From: Bacteriovoracaceae bacterium
GTDB lineage: Bacteria > Bdellovibrionota > Bacteriovoracia > Bacteriovoracales > Bacteriovoracaceae
Length of the DNA: 33,339 nt
Reading direction: 5' to 3'
NCBI GenBank assembly: GCA_947442115.1
Contig: CANEVK010000001.1
Coordinates: 1 to 33,339 of the forward strand
A program made the translations under genes and the position numbers. Within the stretch, counting starts at the first letter, position 1, and the number at the start of each line of letters is the position of its first letter. Below the pieces are notes generated by a model, which searched no databases, had not been told where the DNA came from, and saw only the letters and a program-made list of their open reading frames with translations. Below are positions 1 to 9,719 of this stretch, in pieces.

Positions 1-669
1 CAAGGCTATCGAGTTCTCGTGACCACTCTCACCAAGCGTCTGGCCGAGGAACTAACGACCTACTATCGGGGAATCGGACTTCGAATTAGGTATCTGCATT
101 CTGAAATTGATACGCTAGAGCGCATGGAGATTTTAAGAGACCTGAGATTAGGTGAGTTTGATATTTTAGTGGGGATCAATCTTTTGCGAGAGGGACTTGA
201 TATCCCCGAGGTCGCCCTGGTGGGGATTCTTGATGCGGATAAAGAGGGATTTTTGCGGTCAACTCGCTCTCTTATTCAAACCATTGGTCGGGCCGCCCGA
301 AATGCCGAAGGAAGAGTGATTCTTTATGGGTTTAAAAAAACTCCAAGTATTATTGAATCGATGAAGCTCACTGCTGACCGTCGGGAGAAGCAGCATGCTC
401 ATAACCTTGAGCATGGGCTTTCCCCGCAAACTGTTGCTAAAAAAGTGAGTGGTGGGGTGATTGAAGTCTTGCGTGGCGTGAAGAAAACCGACAAAAAAGG
501 ACGGAATAAAGAAATTACTGATCAAAAACTATCTCCGGAAGCAATTGATGCTAAAATAGGGGAGTTGAAGCGTTTAATGAAAGAAGCGGCCAAGGAACTT
601 CGCTTTGAGGAAGCTGCTAAAATTCGTGATGAAGTGAAGAAGCTTTCTGATTTAAGGTTTATGTTATGA
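1..669 (+). CDS. uvrB: Excinuclease ABC subunit B, C-terminal part (5' truncated by window edge)
   Basis: Frame is open from base 1 ([19 protein letters not shown]). It carries the UvrB helicase-C motifs [34 protein letters not shown] and QTIGRAARN, plus the C-terminal UVR coiled coil ([15 protein letters not shown]). Confidence 0.97.
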   Translation, partial: QGYRVLVTTLTKRLAEELTTYYRGIGLRIRYLHSEIDTLERMEILRDLRLGEFDILVGINLLREGLDIPEVALVGILDADKEGFLRSTRSLIQTIGRAARNAEGRVILYGFKKTPSIIESMKLTADRREKQHAHNLEHGLSPQTVAKKVSGGVIEVLRGVKKTDKKGRNKEITDQKLSPEAIDAKIGELKRLMKEAAKELRFEEAAKIRDEVKKLSDLRFML

Positions 670-1022
670 AGATCTTTTTATTATTTTTTTCTCTTCTGAT
701 CACTCAATCTTGGGCCCAGCCTAAGACTGAAACTTTTGTGATCCAGATTGCTGATAGAAGCATGACAGTTTTATCCCCCGATCAGAAAAAGAGTACTTTT
801 TCAGTACTGATTGAAAATAAATCACTCTCTGATCAGATTGGAAAGGTGATTGTGCAGGGAAAAATTTTAAAATTTGTGTCTATTAAATCAGGCCTGAGTG
901 AAGCGGTAGAGATTGAAAATAAATCGGCAGAAAATGTTTTTTTTGTGCCTGTAAGTCCTGCCTTTCAGGAAGTTGAACTTGTTTTTGGTAAGAAGGTTTA
1001 TGAAATCCCATCAAAAAAATAA
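666..1022 (+). CDS. Hypothetical secreted protein (beta-rich)
   Basis: ATGA overlap with the uvrB stop; signal peptide [17 protein letters not shown]; no recognised family motif. Confidence 0.75.
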   Translation: MKIFLLFFSLLITQSWAQPKTETFVIQIADRSMTVLSPDQKKSTFSVLIENKSLSDQIGKVIVQGKILKFVSIKSGLSEAVEIENKSAENVFFVPVSPAFQEVELVFGKKVYEIPSKK

Positions 1023-2145
1023 TGTTCAAAAAGTCATTCTTGTTATTTCTGACTTGCACTTGAGTGCCGGAAAAATGATCAAGGGGAAAAGAAATCTCCT
1101 CGAAGATTTTCATTACGATAACGAGCTGATTGATTTTTTGCACTACTACACCCATGGAGATTACCAGGATATTCCAGTTGAGCTCGTCATCAATGGTGAT
1201 TTTCTCGATTTTCTTGCTGTACCCTTTGTAGAATTTTATGATGATGAATTTTGGAGTGAAAAAGCTTCGCTGGCCAAACTCAAAATGATCCTTGAGGCCC
1301 ACAAAGGTGTGATGGAAGCTTTAAAAAAGTTTTTATCAAAACCTGATAAAAATATTGTTTATATCATTGGCAATCATGATGCCGAATTTGTCTTTGATTC
1401 CCTTAAAGCCGAATTTCTGTCTTGGTTTGGCGAGTTCGCTCATAAAATGAAGCTCACCAATGAATTAGCGGAGCACACGCCAACTCCTGGTGTCACCATC
1501 TTACATGGTCATCAATATGAACGGGCCCATAATTTTGATCAAACGAATGCCGTGATTGAAACTGTCAGTGGAGAAAAATATTTTAATCCTCCATGGGGCT
1601 CCTATTACGTCACGAACGTTATCAACAAATATAAGCAAGAAAGAAGCTACATCAATTCCGTGAGACCCATTAAGCACTTTCTCATCCATGGGTTTCTTTT
1701 TGATACTTACTTTACTCTACGCTTTATCTTGTCCAATATTTATTACTTTGTGATGGTGCGTTTCTGGCACTTCTACATGGTGAAAAAAAGTTTAAGACAA
1801 GTCTTTCAAGATCTTTATCGAGAGCTAGAACTCTTTCAAGATTATGAAACACTCACTCGACAGTTCTTTGAAAAAAATCCCGAAAGTAGAGTATTGATTG
1901 TCGGACATACTCATAATCCGGCCTTGAGAATTTTTTCAGACGGAACAACTTTTATTAATACGGGGACCTGGACCCGCATGGTGAATTTAGATTTGGGCCA
2001 GTGGAATTATGGAAATGTGTTAACCTACGCTAAAATTCTAGTTTCTCAAAAAGAATATCAGACTGCTGATTTTGAAAAATCAGTGGAAGTTGATCTCAAG
2101 TATTGGATGGGTATTAATAACTTACCGTACTCTGAATATCACTGA
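1000..2145 (+). CDS. Calcineurin-like metallophosphoesterase (LpxH-like superfamily; substrate unknown)
   Basis: Motifs ISDLH, GDFLD, GNHD, HGH and GHTH. The ATG at 1000 follows AGAAGG and is preferred over TTG at 973. Confidence 0.88.
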   Translation: MKSHQKNNVQKVILVISDLHLSAGKMIKGKRNLLEDFHYDNELIDFLHYYTHGDYQDIPVELVINGDFLDFLAVPFVEFYDDEFWSEKASLAKLKMILEAHKGVMEALKKFLSKPDKNIVYIIGNHDAEFVFDSLKAEFLSWFGEFAHKMKLTNELAEHTPTPGVTILHGHQYERAHNFDQTNAVIETVSGEKYFNPPWGSYYVTNVINKYKQERSYINSVRPIKHFLIHGFLFDTYFTLRFILSNIYYFVMVRFWHFYMVKKSLRQVFQDLYRELELFQDYETLTRQFFEKNPESRVLIVGHTHNPALRIFSDGTTFINTGTWTRMVNLDLGQWNYGNVLTYAKILVSQKEYQTADFEKSVEVDLKYWMGINNLPYSEYH

Positions 2146-2486
2146 TCTAAAATTGAATTAATCTTATCAACGAGGCTTTTTGAAGAGTAAGGGAAGCTCA
2201 CCACGTGCTTTACTCCAAAATGAGCTGCTAAAGTCACGAGTTCTTGATCTTGTGCCGGAGCAAAAATGATAAAATTATTTTTTTTCGACAGTAGATTTTT
2301 GACTTCATCATTAATCAATTTTTTTTGAACTAAAATAAATTGCTTCTCAGAGTAAGAGTGAAGAATTTCTTCCGCGTTTTGTGCTTCTATTAAATGAAAA
2401 TAGCCATGCTTTGAGAGCATGGCCTTGATGAGGAGGCGAACTTCTTCATTTTCATCACAAATTAAGAAAGGAATAGCGAGATTCAT
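2139..2486 (-). CDS. CheY-like pseudo-receiver domain protein
   Basis: Receiver-like pattern (LICDENEEVRLLIKAML...EAQNAEE...FGVKHVVSFPYS). It lacks the phosphoacceptor Asp (FILVQK) and the conserved Lys (SFP in place of xKP). Confidence 0.7.
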   Translation of the reverse strand: MNLAIPFLICDENEEVRLLIKAMLSKHGYFHLIEAQNAEEILHSYSEKQFILVQKKLINDEVKNLLSKKNNFIIFAPAQDQELVTLAAHFGVKHVVSFPYSSKSLVDKINSILDQ

Positions 2487-2609
2487 TCCTTAATCATAAC
2501 AGTCAGAGATTAAACTGAATAGAAATAAGTAGCTGATTATGCACAAAAAAGCCTGTTAACGTATTGAAAAAGTCGGTCAAAAAAAGTTTTTTTTAACACA
2601 TTTTTTCTC

Positions 2610-2636
2610 TTAAGTTGCTTTTTGATGCACCGATGA
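2610..2636 (+). promoter_or_regulatory. Sigma28 (FliA) promoter of flagellin
   Basis: TTAAGTTG-N11-ACCGATGA versus consensus TAAAGTTT-N11-GCCGATAA, about 130 nt upstream of the flagellin ATG. Confidence 0.75.
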
Positions 2637-2684
2637 GATGTGCAGTCTATCACAAGAGTGATGGCAAAAAACAAAATTACTACT

Positions 2685-2764
2685 TAAGCATGGAAGCTTA
2701 TCAAGTCTCTCAAGGTTGGGAACTGATCATCAAGGAAAAGATGAGGAAGATTAACCAAGGAGGA
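2685..2764 (+). promoter_or_regulatory. CsrA/RsmA-type binding sites in the flagellin 5' UTR
   Basis: Hairpins TAAGC-ATGGAA-GCTTA (2685-2700) and TCATC-AAGGAAAA-GATGA (2727-2744) both display GGA in the loop. There are further GGA motifs in the SD region (CAAGGAGGA). Confidence 0.65.
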
Positions 2765-2768
2765 TTTC

Positions 2769-3602
2769 ATGGGTTTTCGTATCAACACAAACGTTTCTTC
2801 AATTGCTGCACAAAGAGCCCTTACAGTAAGTGGTAGAGAAACAGAAAGCAATCTCTCAAAACTATCTTCAGGTACAAGAATTACAAAAGCTGCAGACGAT
2901 GCTGCTGGACTTGCGATCTCTGAAAAAATGAAAGCGAATATTCGTTCATTAAAACAAGCTGACCGAAACGCGAATGACGGTATTTCGATGGTTCAAACTG
3001 CTGAAGGTGGTCTGAACGAAGTTTCATCAATCCTGACTCGTATGCGTGAACTTGCAATGCAAACTTCATCTGATACAGTGGGTGATTCTGAAAGAGCGAT
3101 GACAAATATGGAATACCAAAACCTTAAGCTAGAGCTTGAGCGTATTTCATCAGTGACAGAGTTTAACGGTAAAAAGCTACTTAATGGAGAAGGCGATAAG
3201 TACGACTTCCAAATCGGTGCTAACAATGATGGTTTCCAAGACAGAATCAGCTACGATGCTCGTCAGGTGAATTCAAAAATGGCAAATCTTGGTATCGATG
3301 AGCTAGAAGTTTCTTCTAAAGATGGCTCTCAACAATCTCTCGCTTCACTTGACTCAGCGATTGAAAAAGTTTCTGGTTTCCGCTCTTTCCTGGGTGCGAT
3401 CCAAAACAGATTAGTATCAACTTCGAATAACTTACAAGTGAACGTAGAAAACTTGTCAGCTGCAAATTCTCGAATCCGCGATGTGGATTATGCTGAGGCA
3501 ACTGCTGCTAAAGCTAAGAACGATATTCTTTCTGCTGCTGGTACTTCAGTACTTGCTCAAGCGAATATGTCTAGCCAAGGTGCTCTAAAGTTGATCGGCT
3601 AA
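2769..3602 (+). CDS. fliC: Flagellin (short, minimal variable domain)
   Basis: N-terminal RINTNVSS...LSSGTRITKAADDAAGLAISE and C-terminal LGAIQNRL...SRIRDVDYA...LAQAN flagellin signatures; strong SD AGGAGG. Confidence 0.97.
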   Translation: MGFRINTNVSSIAAQRALTVSGRETESNLSKLSSGTRITKAADDAAGLAISEKMKANIRSLKQADRNANDGISMVQTAEGGLNEVSSILTRMRELAMQTSSDTVGDSERAMTNMEYQNLKLELERISSVTEFNGKKLLNGEGDKYDFQIGANNDGFQDRISYDARQVNSKMANLGIDELEVSSKDGSQQSLASLDSAIEKVSGFRSFLGAIQNRLVSTSNNLQVNVENLSAANSRIRDVDYAEATAAKAKNDILSAAGTSVLAQANMSSQGALKLIG

Positions 3603-3626
3603 TTCCTGCAAGAATGATTTAAGATC

Positions 3627-3660
3627 AGGACCCACCGTATGGTGGGTCCTTTTTTATTTT
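3627..3660 (+). terminator. Rho-independent terminator after flagellin
   Basis: Perfect 10-bp stem AGGACCCACC-GTAT-GGTGGGTCCT followed by a T-tract. Confidence 0.9.
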
Positions 3661-3666
3661 GCGAGA

Positions 3667-5151
3667 TTAAAAAAGGACGTCATACCAAGATTTCTTAGAT
3701 CTTTCATCACAGTCAGAAACCCAAAGATGTTTCACTTCTAGATAAGCTTTAAGTCCTTCTTCACCCATTTCTCGCCCAATGCCTGATTGTTTATGCCCAC
3801 CAAAGGGCATGCCTGGATTAAGGAGATGGTACTCATTAATCCAAACAGTACCTGCTTCTAGTTGACGGGCCACTTTATGAGCACGCTCGGGATTTTTTGA
3901 CCAAACCGCTCCGGCCAGTCCATAGTGAGATTGATTAGCAAGTTTTATAGCTTCAGCTTCATTTTTGACTTGAGTGATGGCCAGCACGGGGCCAAAAATT
4001 TCTTCTCTAAAAATGGTATGATCTGGAGTGACTTCAAAAACTGTCGGCTTAATATAGTAACCTTTATCAAATTCTCCGCCAGAAACTCTTTCACCACCAA
4101 AAAGTAATTTGGCCCCTTCTTTTTTAGACGTTTCAATGTATCCCATGATGGTATCAAATTGCTTTTTATTAATCACGGGCCCATAACCAGTGGCCGGATC
4201 TTGAGGAAGCCCAACTTTAACATCAGCAATTCTTTTAAGAAGTGATTCTTTGAAAGTAGGATAAATTTTTTCTTCAACCAAAAGGCGAGTCCCAGAATCA
4301 CAGGCCTGTCCAGAATGATAAAGGAAGGCATACAAAGCTCCATCAATGGCCAGACTCAAATCTGCATCATCAAGCACAATATTGGCAGATTTTCCTCCCA
4401 GCTCAAGCGAGAGGTTTTGAAGTTTTAAACCAGCGGTCTGCATGATTTTTCTTCCCACTTGAGTGGAGCCCGTGAAGGCAACTTTTCTCACCTTAGGATT
4501 TTTGAGGAGTAATTCTCCTTCCGTTGCACCACCGGTAATAATATTCACTACACCTTGAGGGAGTCCTACATCTTTAAGGATTTCGGCCAGGATACTTGCC
4601 GTCACCGGAGACTCTTGGGCCGTTTTCAGTACAGTTGTACAACCTGAAGCAATGACGGGACCAATTTTCCAGGCCGCCATCACAAGAGGGAAGTTCCAGG
4701 GAATGATTTGAGCGCAGACTCCAACGGGTTCATAGATCTTATAGTTGTGAGAAAAACCTGCTCTTGAAGCAGATTCATCTTTCATCTCAAATTGAAATTT
4801 ACGTAGCTGCCCAGCTAAAACTTTAAAATATGAAGCCGCATTGTGAACGTCAGATTTGGCCTTTCTGACACAGCTTCCAGAGTCTGCAATTTCAAGTTCT
4901 GTCAGTTCATTCCTGCGCTCTTTCATTTTTTCAGAGATTGCTTCTAGGATTTCTGCTCGCTTGATTTGATCCATTGAGCGCCATTCTGAAGAATAAAAAG
5001 CAGCTTCCGCAGCATCTACCGCCTCATTAATATCTTTTTCTGTTGGGATGTAGACCTTGGCGACAGCTTCACCATTGGCCGGATTGGTGCTGATAAAATT
5101 TTGATCTGATGTTTTGAATTCACCGTTAATAAAAAGTTTAATTTCTTTCAT
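3667..5151 (-). CDS. NAD(P)-dependent aldehyde dehydrogenase (likely aromatic/paa-linked)
   Basis: Motifs IIPWNFP, FTGST, LELGGKS (catalytic Glu), SGQAC (catalytic Cys), EEIFGP and PFGG.KQSG.GRE. Confidence 0.93.
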   Translation of the reverse strand: MKEIKLFINGEFKTSDQNFISTNPANGEAVAKVYIPTEKDINEAVDAAEAAFYSSEWRSMDQIKRAEILEAISEKMKERRNELTELEIADSGSCVRKAKSDVHNAASYFKVLAGQLRKFQFEMKDESASRAGFSHNYKIYEPVGVCAQIIPWNFPLVMAAWKIGPVIASGCTTVLKTAQESPVTASILAEILKDVGLPQGVVNIITGGATEGELLLKNPKVRKVAFTGSTQVGRKIMQTAGLKLQNLSLELGGKSANIVLDDADLSLAIDGALYAFLYHSGQACDSGTRLLVEEKIYPTFKESLLKRIADVKVGLPQDPATGYGPVINKKQFDTIMGYIETSKKEGAKLLFGGERVSGGEFDKGYYIKPTVFEVTPDHTIFREEIFGPVLAITQVKNEAEAIKLANQSHYGLAGAVWSKNPERAHKVARQLEAGTVWINEYHLLNPGMPFGGHKQSGIGREMGEEGLKAYLEVKHLWVSDCDERSKKSWYDVLF

Positions 5152-5160
5152 GATGTCTAC

Positions 5161-5514
5161 TTAGAGTGGGGAGAGTTTAAGAGTTATTATGGAGTGAGGT
5201 TGGTTTTCCTCACCTTTGGCATAGATTTCTTTTTTGACATTGATCGCGATTTCTTCTTCGCCTTGAGTGATGAGAATCAGCTTTTTTTCTTTTCTCTCTT
5301 CTAGTTTGTACTCAAAATTAATCATTTTATTTTTATTCTTTATAAGCTTGAGATTTAAAATATAAGGCCCTAAAGGGAGCGCATACTTTTTATCATGATC
5401 AATTTTTTGCTGAAATTTATAATCTTCCCCATCAATACCGAGGTTTAAATCAATGGACCAACAGGCCCACGCTGAAGATGAGACGAGAAGTAAAAGCAGT
5501 CCAAGAATTTTCAC
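5161..5514 (-). CDS. Hypothetical secreted protein
   Basis: GTG start overlaps the thiolase TGA (GTGA at 5511-5514) and gives signal peptide MKILGLLLLLVSSSAWA. The longer ORF start at 5643 lies inside the thiolase gene. Confidence 0.7.
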   Translation of the reverse strand: MKILGLLLLLVSSSAWACWSIDLNLGIDGEDYKFQQKIDHDKKYALPLGPYILNLKLIKNKNKMINFEYKLEERKEKKLILITQGEEEIAINVKKEIYAKGEENQPHSIITLKLSPL

Positions 5515-6713
5515 AGACAATTCTCCACTGACACAGCGATCCCCTGACCCACACCGATACACATGGAGGCGAGACCTTTCTTTAGAGAGCTGTCTTTTTG
5601 CATTTGATGAACAAGAGTGCTGAGAATTCGAGTTCCAGAGCAACCAAGAGGATGGCCTAGAGCAATTGAGCCACCGTTTCGATTCACAATGGATGGATCA
5701 AGTTGAAGTTCCTTAAGACAACCAAGAGCTTGAACGGCAAAAGCTTCATTTAATTCTACTAAATCAAAATCAGAAATTTTGTAGCCAAAATTTTTACAAA
5801 GTTTATTAATCGCACCCACTGGACCTAGTCCCATGACATTGGGGTGGAGACCATGGACGGCACCACCAGTAATCATCGCCAGTGGTTTGAGGTTGTGGCG
5901 TTTTAAAAATTCTTCAGAACACACCACCACCATACTGGCGCCATCATTAATCGAGGAGCTGTTGCCGGCCGTGACAGTTCCATCTTTTTTAAAAGCTGGT
6001 TTAAGCTTGGCGAGTTTCTCAATTGATGAATCGGCTCTTGGGCCTTCATCATTCTCTATGATTTGAACTCCCTTCTTATTTTCAATTTTAAGAGGGAGAA
6101 TTTCATTCTTAAAATTTCCATTTTGTTGAGCGGCGAGAGCTTTTTGATGGGAGGCCAGAGCAAACTGGTCCTGATCTTCTCGACTTATGCCATGAACTTT
6201 TTGGACTTCTTCCGCGGTTTCACCCATACCTAGCAAAGGAAAAAGTTGGGCCATTTTAGGATTTTCAAATCTCCAACCTATGGAGGTGTCCCACATTTTT
6301 TGAGTCCGCTCAAAGCTTGAGTTGGCCTTCGAAAGTACATAAGGCGCCCGGGACATGCTTTCGGCCCCACCGGCAATAAAGCAATCCCCAAGACCGGCCT
6401 GAATACGAGCATGGGCATCGATCACGGCATCGAGGGAAGATCCACAAAGTCTGTTGATTGTGGTTCCAGGAACTTCAAAAGGATAGCCCGCCAAAAGTAA
6501 GGACATACGAGCAAGATTTCGATTATCCTCACCGGCCTGGTTAGCGCAGCCAATGATGGTGTCTGAGATTTCTTTTAAATCAAAATTTATTGATGTGGCA
6601 TAGTCTTTAAAGAGCTCGGCCAGCATATCATCAACTCGAAGACTTGAGAGGACTCCGCCAAAACTTCCAATCGGAGTCCGTTTGGCATGTATTAAGTACG
6701 AGATTTTCTTCAT
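5511..6713 (-). CDS. paaJ: Thiolase, PaaJ/PcaF type (3-oxoadipyl-CoA/3-oxo-5,6-dehydrosuberyl-CoA thiolase)
   Basis: GCANQAGEDNRNLARM and DTSIGWRF.NP are typical of PaaJ/PcaF. Catalytic motifs NRLCGS, NEAF, GHPLG and MCIGVGQG are present. Confidence 0.88.
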   Translation of the reverse strand: MKKISYLIHAKRTPIGSFGGVLSSLRVDDMLAELFKDYATSINFDLKEISDTIIGCANQAGEDNRNLARMSLLLAGYPFEVPGTTINRLCGSSLDAVIDAHARIQAGLGDCFIAGGAESMSRAPYVLSKANSSFERTQKMWDTSIGWRFENPKMAQLFPLLGMGETAEEVQKVHGISREDQDQFALASHQKALAAQQNGNFKNEILPLKIENKKGVQIIENDEGPRADSSIEKLAKLKPAFKKDGTVTAGNSSSINDGASMVVVCSEEFLKRHNLKPLAMITGGAVHGLHPNVMGLGPVGAINKLCKNFGYKISDFDLVELNEAFAVQALGCLKELQLDPSIVNRNGGSIALGHPLGCSGTRILSTLVHQMQKDSSLKKGLASMCIGVGQGIAVSVENCL

Positions 6714-6894
6714 AGAACTTCCTTAAATTTGAATGGCGCCATCTTAACAAGAAAACTCAGCATTGGGAAAAAGGAATCCCACGGCCGACTGTGTAAAAAT
6801 GACACCTGTAAAGGGGATCCATTCATTTAAAATCAATTGCTTTGGATGGGATTTTATTCTAAAACTAGGCGTCATTTTTCATCCTAGGAATTTT

Positions 6895-9183
6895 ATGAAA
6901 ATAGCTCTTTTGCTTTTACCTATGCTGGCCCTGAATTTGGCCCATGCTTATGAAGCCAAAGTATTAAAAGGCCAGTTGCCACCATCTCTTGAAGCCTTGA
7001 TCGCCAAGGCCAATCAAGAGACCCAACTCAACTTTAAGACATCAGATTTTTATCTCGTTGAAGATCGCATGCTGGCCACCAGCCGTTTTCAAATGTTTGT
7101 TCAACAATCCCAAGAAATACCAGTCGCTAGAACTGCCATTCGCATCTGGAGTGATAAAGAAAATCAAGAACTGATCTTGGCCGAAATGCACCTGAATGAG
7201 GAAACCAAGGCGAACGAAACTCAATTGGCCTCAAGATATGCCAAGGCCAGATTTTCACCTCGCGCTCTGAAATCCAAGCAACTCTCTCTGGCCATTACAA
7301 AAATGGTTGAATCATCAGTCGCAGCTCATGATACAGATCAACGTATTTTGGGGATGAAGTTTACAGACCAATGGGTGGGGTCAGATCTTGTGAGAAAAAT
7401 CGAGGTCCGTGGTCGTCGAGGTCTTCATCACATTAGCTTTTCACTCTTAAAAAACCGCATCATTGAAAAAACTTATTCTGAATTTCCTCAGGTTGAAAAA
7501 TTTCAAACACTAAAGGCGAATGTTTTTCCAATTTATGAAGAAGTTGAATCAACTGGAGAAAAACTTCCTTTTGAAGTGAAAGATTTAAAGTTTGTTTCAA
7601 CCAATATTCCAGATGGTGGCGAGAATCCTCTTTCAGTTTTTGAAAATCAAAAATTTCCAGAAAATCGCTATCACCCTCTCTTAGCGCAAACGGCCTTAGG
7701 CGAAATGTATGGGCTTTGGTCTGAGGCCTCTCTTCGCCAAAAAATTGATGAAGTGATCGGAGGATTTTCTTTAAAGAATAATGATTTTGAAAATGGCATG
7801 CTTCTTCAAGGCAAATACGCCACGATTAATTTACATCCAGGAGTGAAAGAATTTAAGGACATTAATTTCCCACTAAAATCTTCAGTGAATCACCTTCTTA
7901 ATTGGCAGCAAGTTGATGGCGAGTATGAAGCAAAACCAGTCAGTGGCTTCTACGGTAAGGAGATCACTAACGCTGAAGATTTAGTGAACCGTGTTCCTAT
8001 GAGACTTCCCGATCACGATGCTGTTTCCTACATCAATTCAGGTTTTGATGAAGTCCAAGTTTACTATGGGGTGACTGTCCTCATGGATGCGCTCACTGAG
8101 ATGGGATTTGAAGACCCTGAGCTTTCAGTAAAACCTTTTCATGCCTTCCTCTTTGATCCTGATATTGGGATGAAAGATAATGCTTACTACTACGATAATA
8201 CCATTAACTTCACGACCTATAATTCGAACCAAGTCAACTTGGCCCGAGATAATCCTACGATTTGGCATGAACTTGGTCACGGAGTGATGGATCGACTGAT
8301 GGGGCCGCACTTGGCCTTTGCTGACTCTAAAGGTGGCTATGGTGGACTCTCTGAAGGGATGGCCGATTTCCTAGCTAAGATTATTATTGAGCACCAAACA
8401 AATGGTGCTGATTTTCCAGGCCGAAATGATTTTAGAATTGTGAATAACACAGGTTTTTACCTCACCAACGAATTCCACGATGAAGGGGAGTCTTACGGTG
8501 GGGCCATGAGTGATATGCTCGATGAGGCGATTAAAAATTTTGGTCGTGAAGGTCTTTTTGATTTTACTGACCTGACTTTAGAGGCCATGCGTCTTACGAG
8601 AAATCATCCTGCTTTATCGGCCCGATTGTGGTTTGAACACATGCTCTATGCTGATGAACTTGGAAGTGAAGTGAGAGAGCCAAATCAATTTAAAGCGATG
8701 ATTCTTTCTGCCCTAGAGAAAAGAAACTTCTCTTTTTCTTCTGATTTTAAACCTGCAGCTCTTAAAATTACTTTTGAGCAAGGTGAGCTGACTCACGAAT
8801 CTCTAGGAAGTCGTGAGCGTCCTCTGGTGGAATGTTCAGCAGATGGAATGATTTCTCATCAGTTGAAATTATCTTTAACCGCAGGTGATGCTGGCTTCAT
8901 TAAATATCCGGCGATCGTAAAGGTTGAATTCAAGAAGGGTGCCCTTCAAGGAGCGATCCGTTGGGAAGGTGAAGAGAATAATCCACTTGTTTATGTAATT
9001 AATTCTGAAGATCAACTCTTGAATATTAACCTTAAAGCTTCAATGGAATGTGAAACCATTAACCAGCCAGATGGAAGCTGTAAGGACTATGCCTACATTC
9101 AAGTCTTTAATAGTGGGGCCCTTAAGCCTCTCGCGAAAAAAAGATTCTATCTTAAATTGAATAAACTCAGCTGCGGTCGTTAA
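6895..9183 (+). CDS. Secreted zinc metalloprotease, thermolysin/fungalysin-like (M4/M36) with propeptide
   Basis: Signal peptide MKIALLLLPMLALNLAHA from ATG 6895; DNAYY; HELGH zinc motif; third ligand in GGLSEGMADF; EFHDEGE. Confidence 0.85.
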   Translation: MKIALLLLPMLALNLAHAYEAKVLKGQLPPSLEALIAKANQETQLNFKTSDFYLVEDRMLATSRFQMFVQQSQEIPVARTAIRIWSDKENQELILAEMHLNEETKANETQLASRYAKARFSPRALKSKQLSLAITKMVESSVAAHDTDQRILGMKFTDQWVGSDLVRKIEVRGRRGLHHISFSLLKNRIIEKTYSEFPQVEKFQTLKANVFPIYEEVESTGEKLPFEVKDLKFVSTNIPDGGENPLSVFENQKFPENRYHPLLAQTALGEMYGLWSEASLRQKIDEVIGGFSLKNNDFENGMLLQGKYATINLHPGVKEFKDINFPLKSSVNHLLNWQQVDGEYEAKPVSGFYGKEITNAEDLVNRVPMRLPDHDAVSYINSGFDEVQVYYGVTVLMDALTEMGFEDPELSVKPFHAFLFDPDIGMKDNAYYYDNTINFTTYNSNQVNLARDNPTIWHELGHGVMDRLMGPHLAFADSKGGYGGLSEGMADFLAKIIIEHQTNGADFPGRNDFRIVNNTGFYLTNEFHDEGESYGGAMSDMLDEAIKNFGREGLFDFTDLTLEAMRLTRNHPALSARLWFEHMLYADELGSEVREPNQFKAMILSALEKRNFSFSSDFKPAALKITFEQGELTHESLGSRERPLVECSADGMISHQLKLSLTAGDAGFIKYPAIVKVEFKKGALQGAIRWEGEENNPLVYVINSEDQLLNINLKASMECETINQPDGSCKDYAYIQVFNSGALKPLAKKRFYLKLNKLSCGR

Positions 9184-9719
9184 GAGACTGCAGCTGTCTT
9201 TAATAAAGAAGCTGCCAGATATCGTTTGTCTTGGGTTTTTTGATAGAGCTCATTCAAAAGAGTTAAAACAAATTTTTCTTTTCCCTGACTCCATTCAAAT
9301 GGCCCTTTCGGGTAGTTGACTCCAAATTTCATCGCCCTATTGATATCTTCTTTTGAAGCAACCTCTTCTTCTAAGGCAAAATAGGCTTCATTAATGATTT
9401 GAACAATAGTGCGAGGGAAAATAAAACCACAAGAAATGATGGTTGTTTCAAAAGGCTTAAATCCCAGTTCGATAAACTTATTTAAAGCAGCTTGGTTCAT
9501 TTGCTTGAAGTGAATTTCAATTTTCTTTTCTTCATCACAAAAGAGGGCCGCAAAAGAGCCATGAAGTTGAGGGAACTCAGTATAGAATTCGGCCGGGTCA
9601 TAGCATGAAAGCTCCATCAAAACAGTTTTATTTGGATTTTCTCTGAGGATTTCTTTTTTTTCTTCTTTTGTGCCAAAACCAAAATTAATCAGAATATTAT
9701 CAAACGATACATTAGTCAT
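9180..9719 (-). CDS. 3-hydroxyacyl-CoA dehydrogenase C-terminal module (second half of PaaH)
   Basis: GFIFPRTIVQIINEA...VASKEDINRAMKFGVNYPKGPFEW matches the PaaH C-terminal repeat. The ATG at 9719 overlaps the upstream stop and is preceded by AGAGGA. Confidence 0.8.
   Translation of the reverse strand: MTNVSFDNILINFGFGTKEEKKEILRENPNKTVLMELSCYDPAEFYTEFPQLHGSFAALFCDEEKKIEIHFKQMNQAALNKFIELGFKPFETTIISCGFIFPRTIVQIINEAYFALEEEVASKEDINRAMKFGVNYPKGPFEWSQGKEKFVLTLLNELYQKTQDKRYLAASLLKTAAVS

Noticed and set aside
2615-2836. 73-aa + strand ORF upstream of and overlapping the flagellin
   Set aside because: It starts inside the sigma28 promoter, spans the structured 5' UTR and overlaps fliC out of frame; no SD.
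6763-6894. N-terminal extension of the protease ORF
   Set aside because: The signal peptide begins at ATG 6895; the extension occupies the divergent promoter region.
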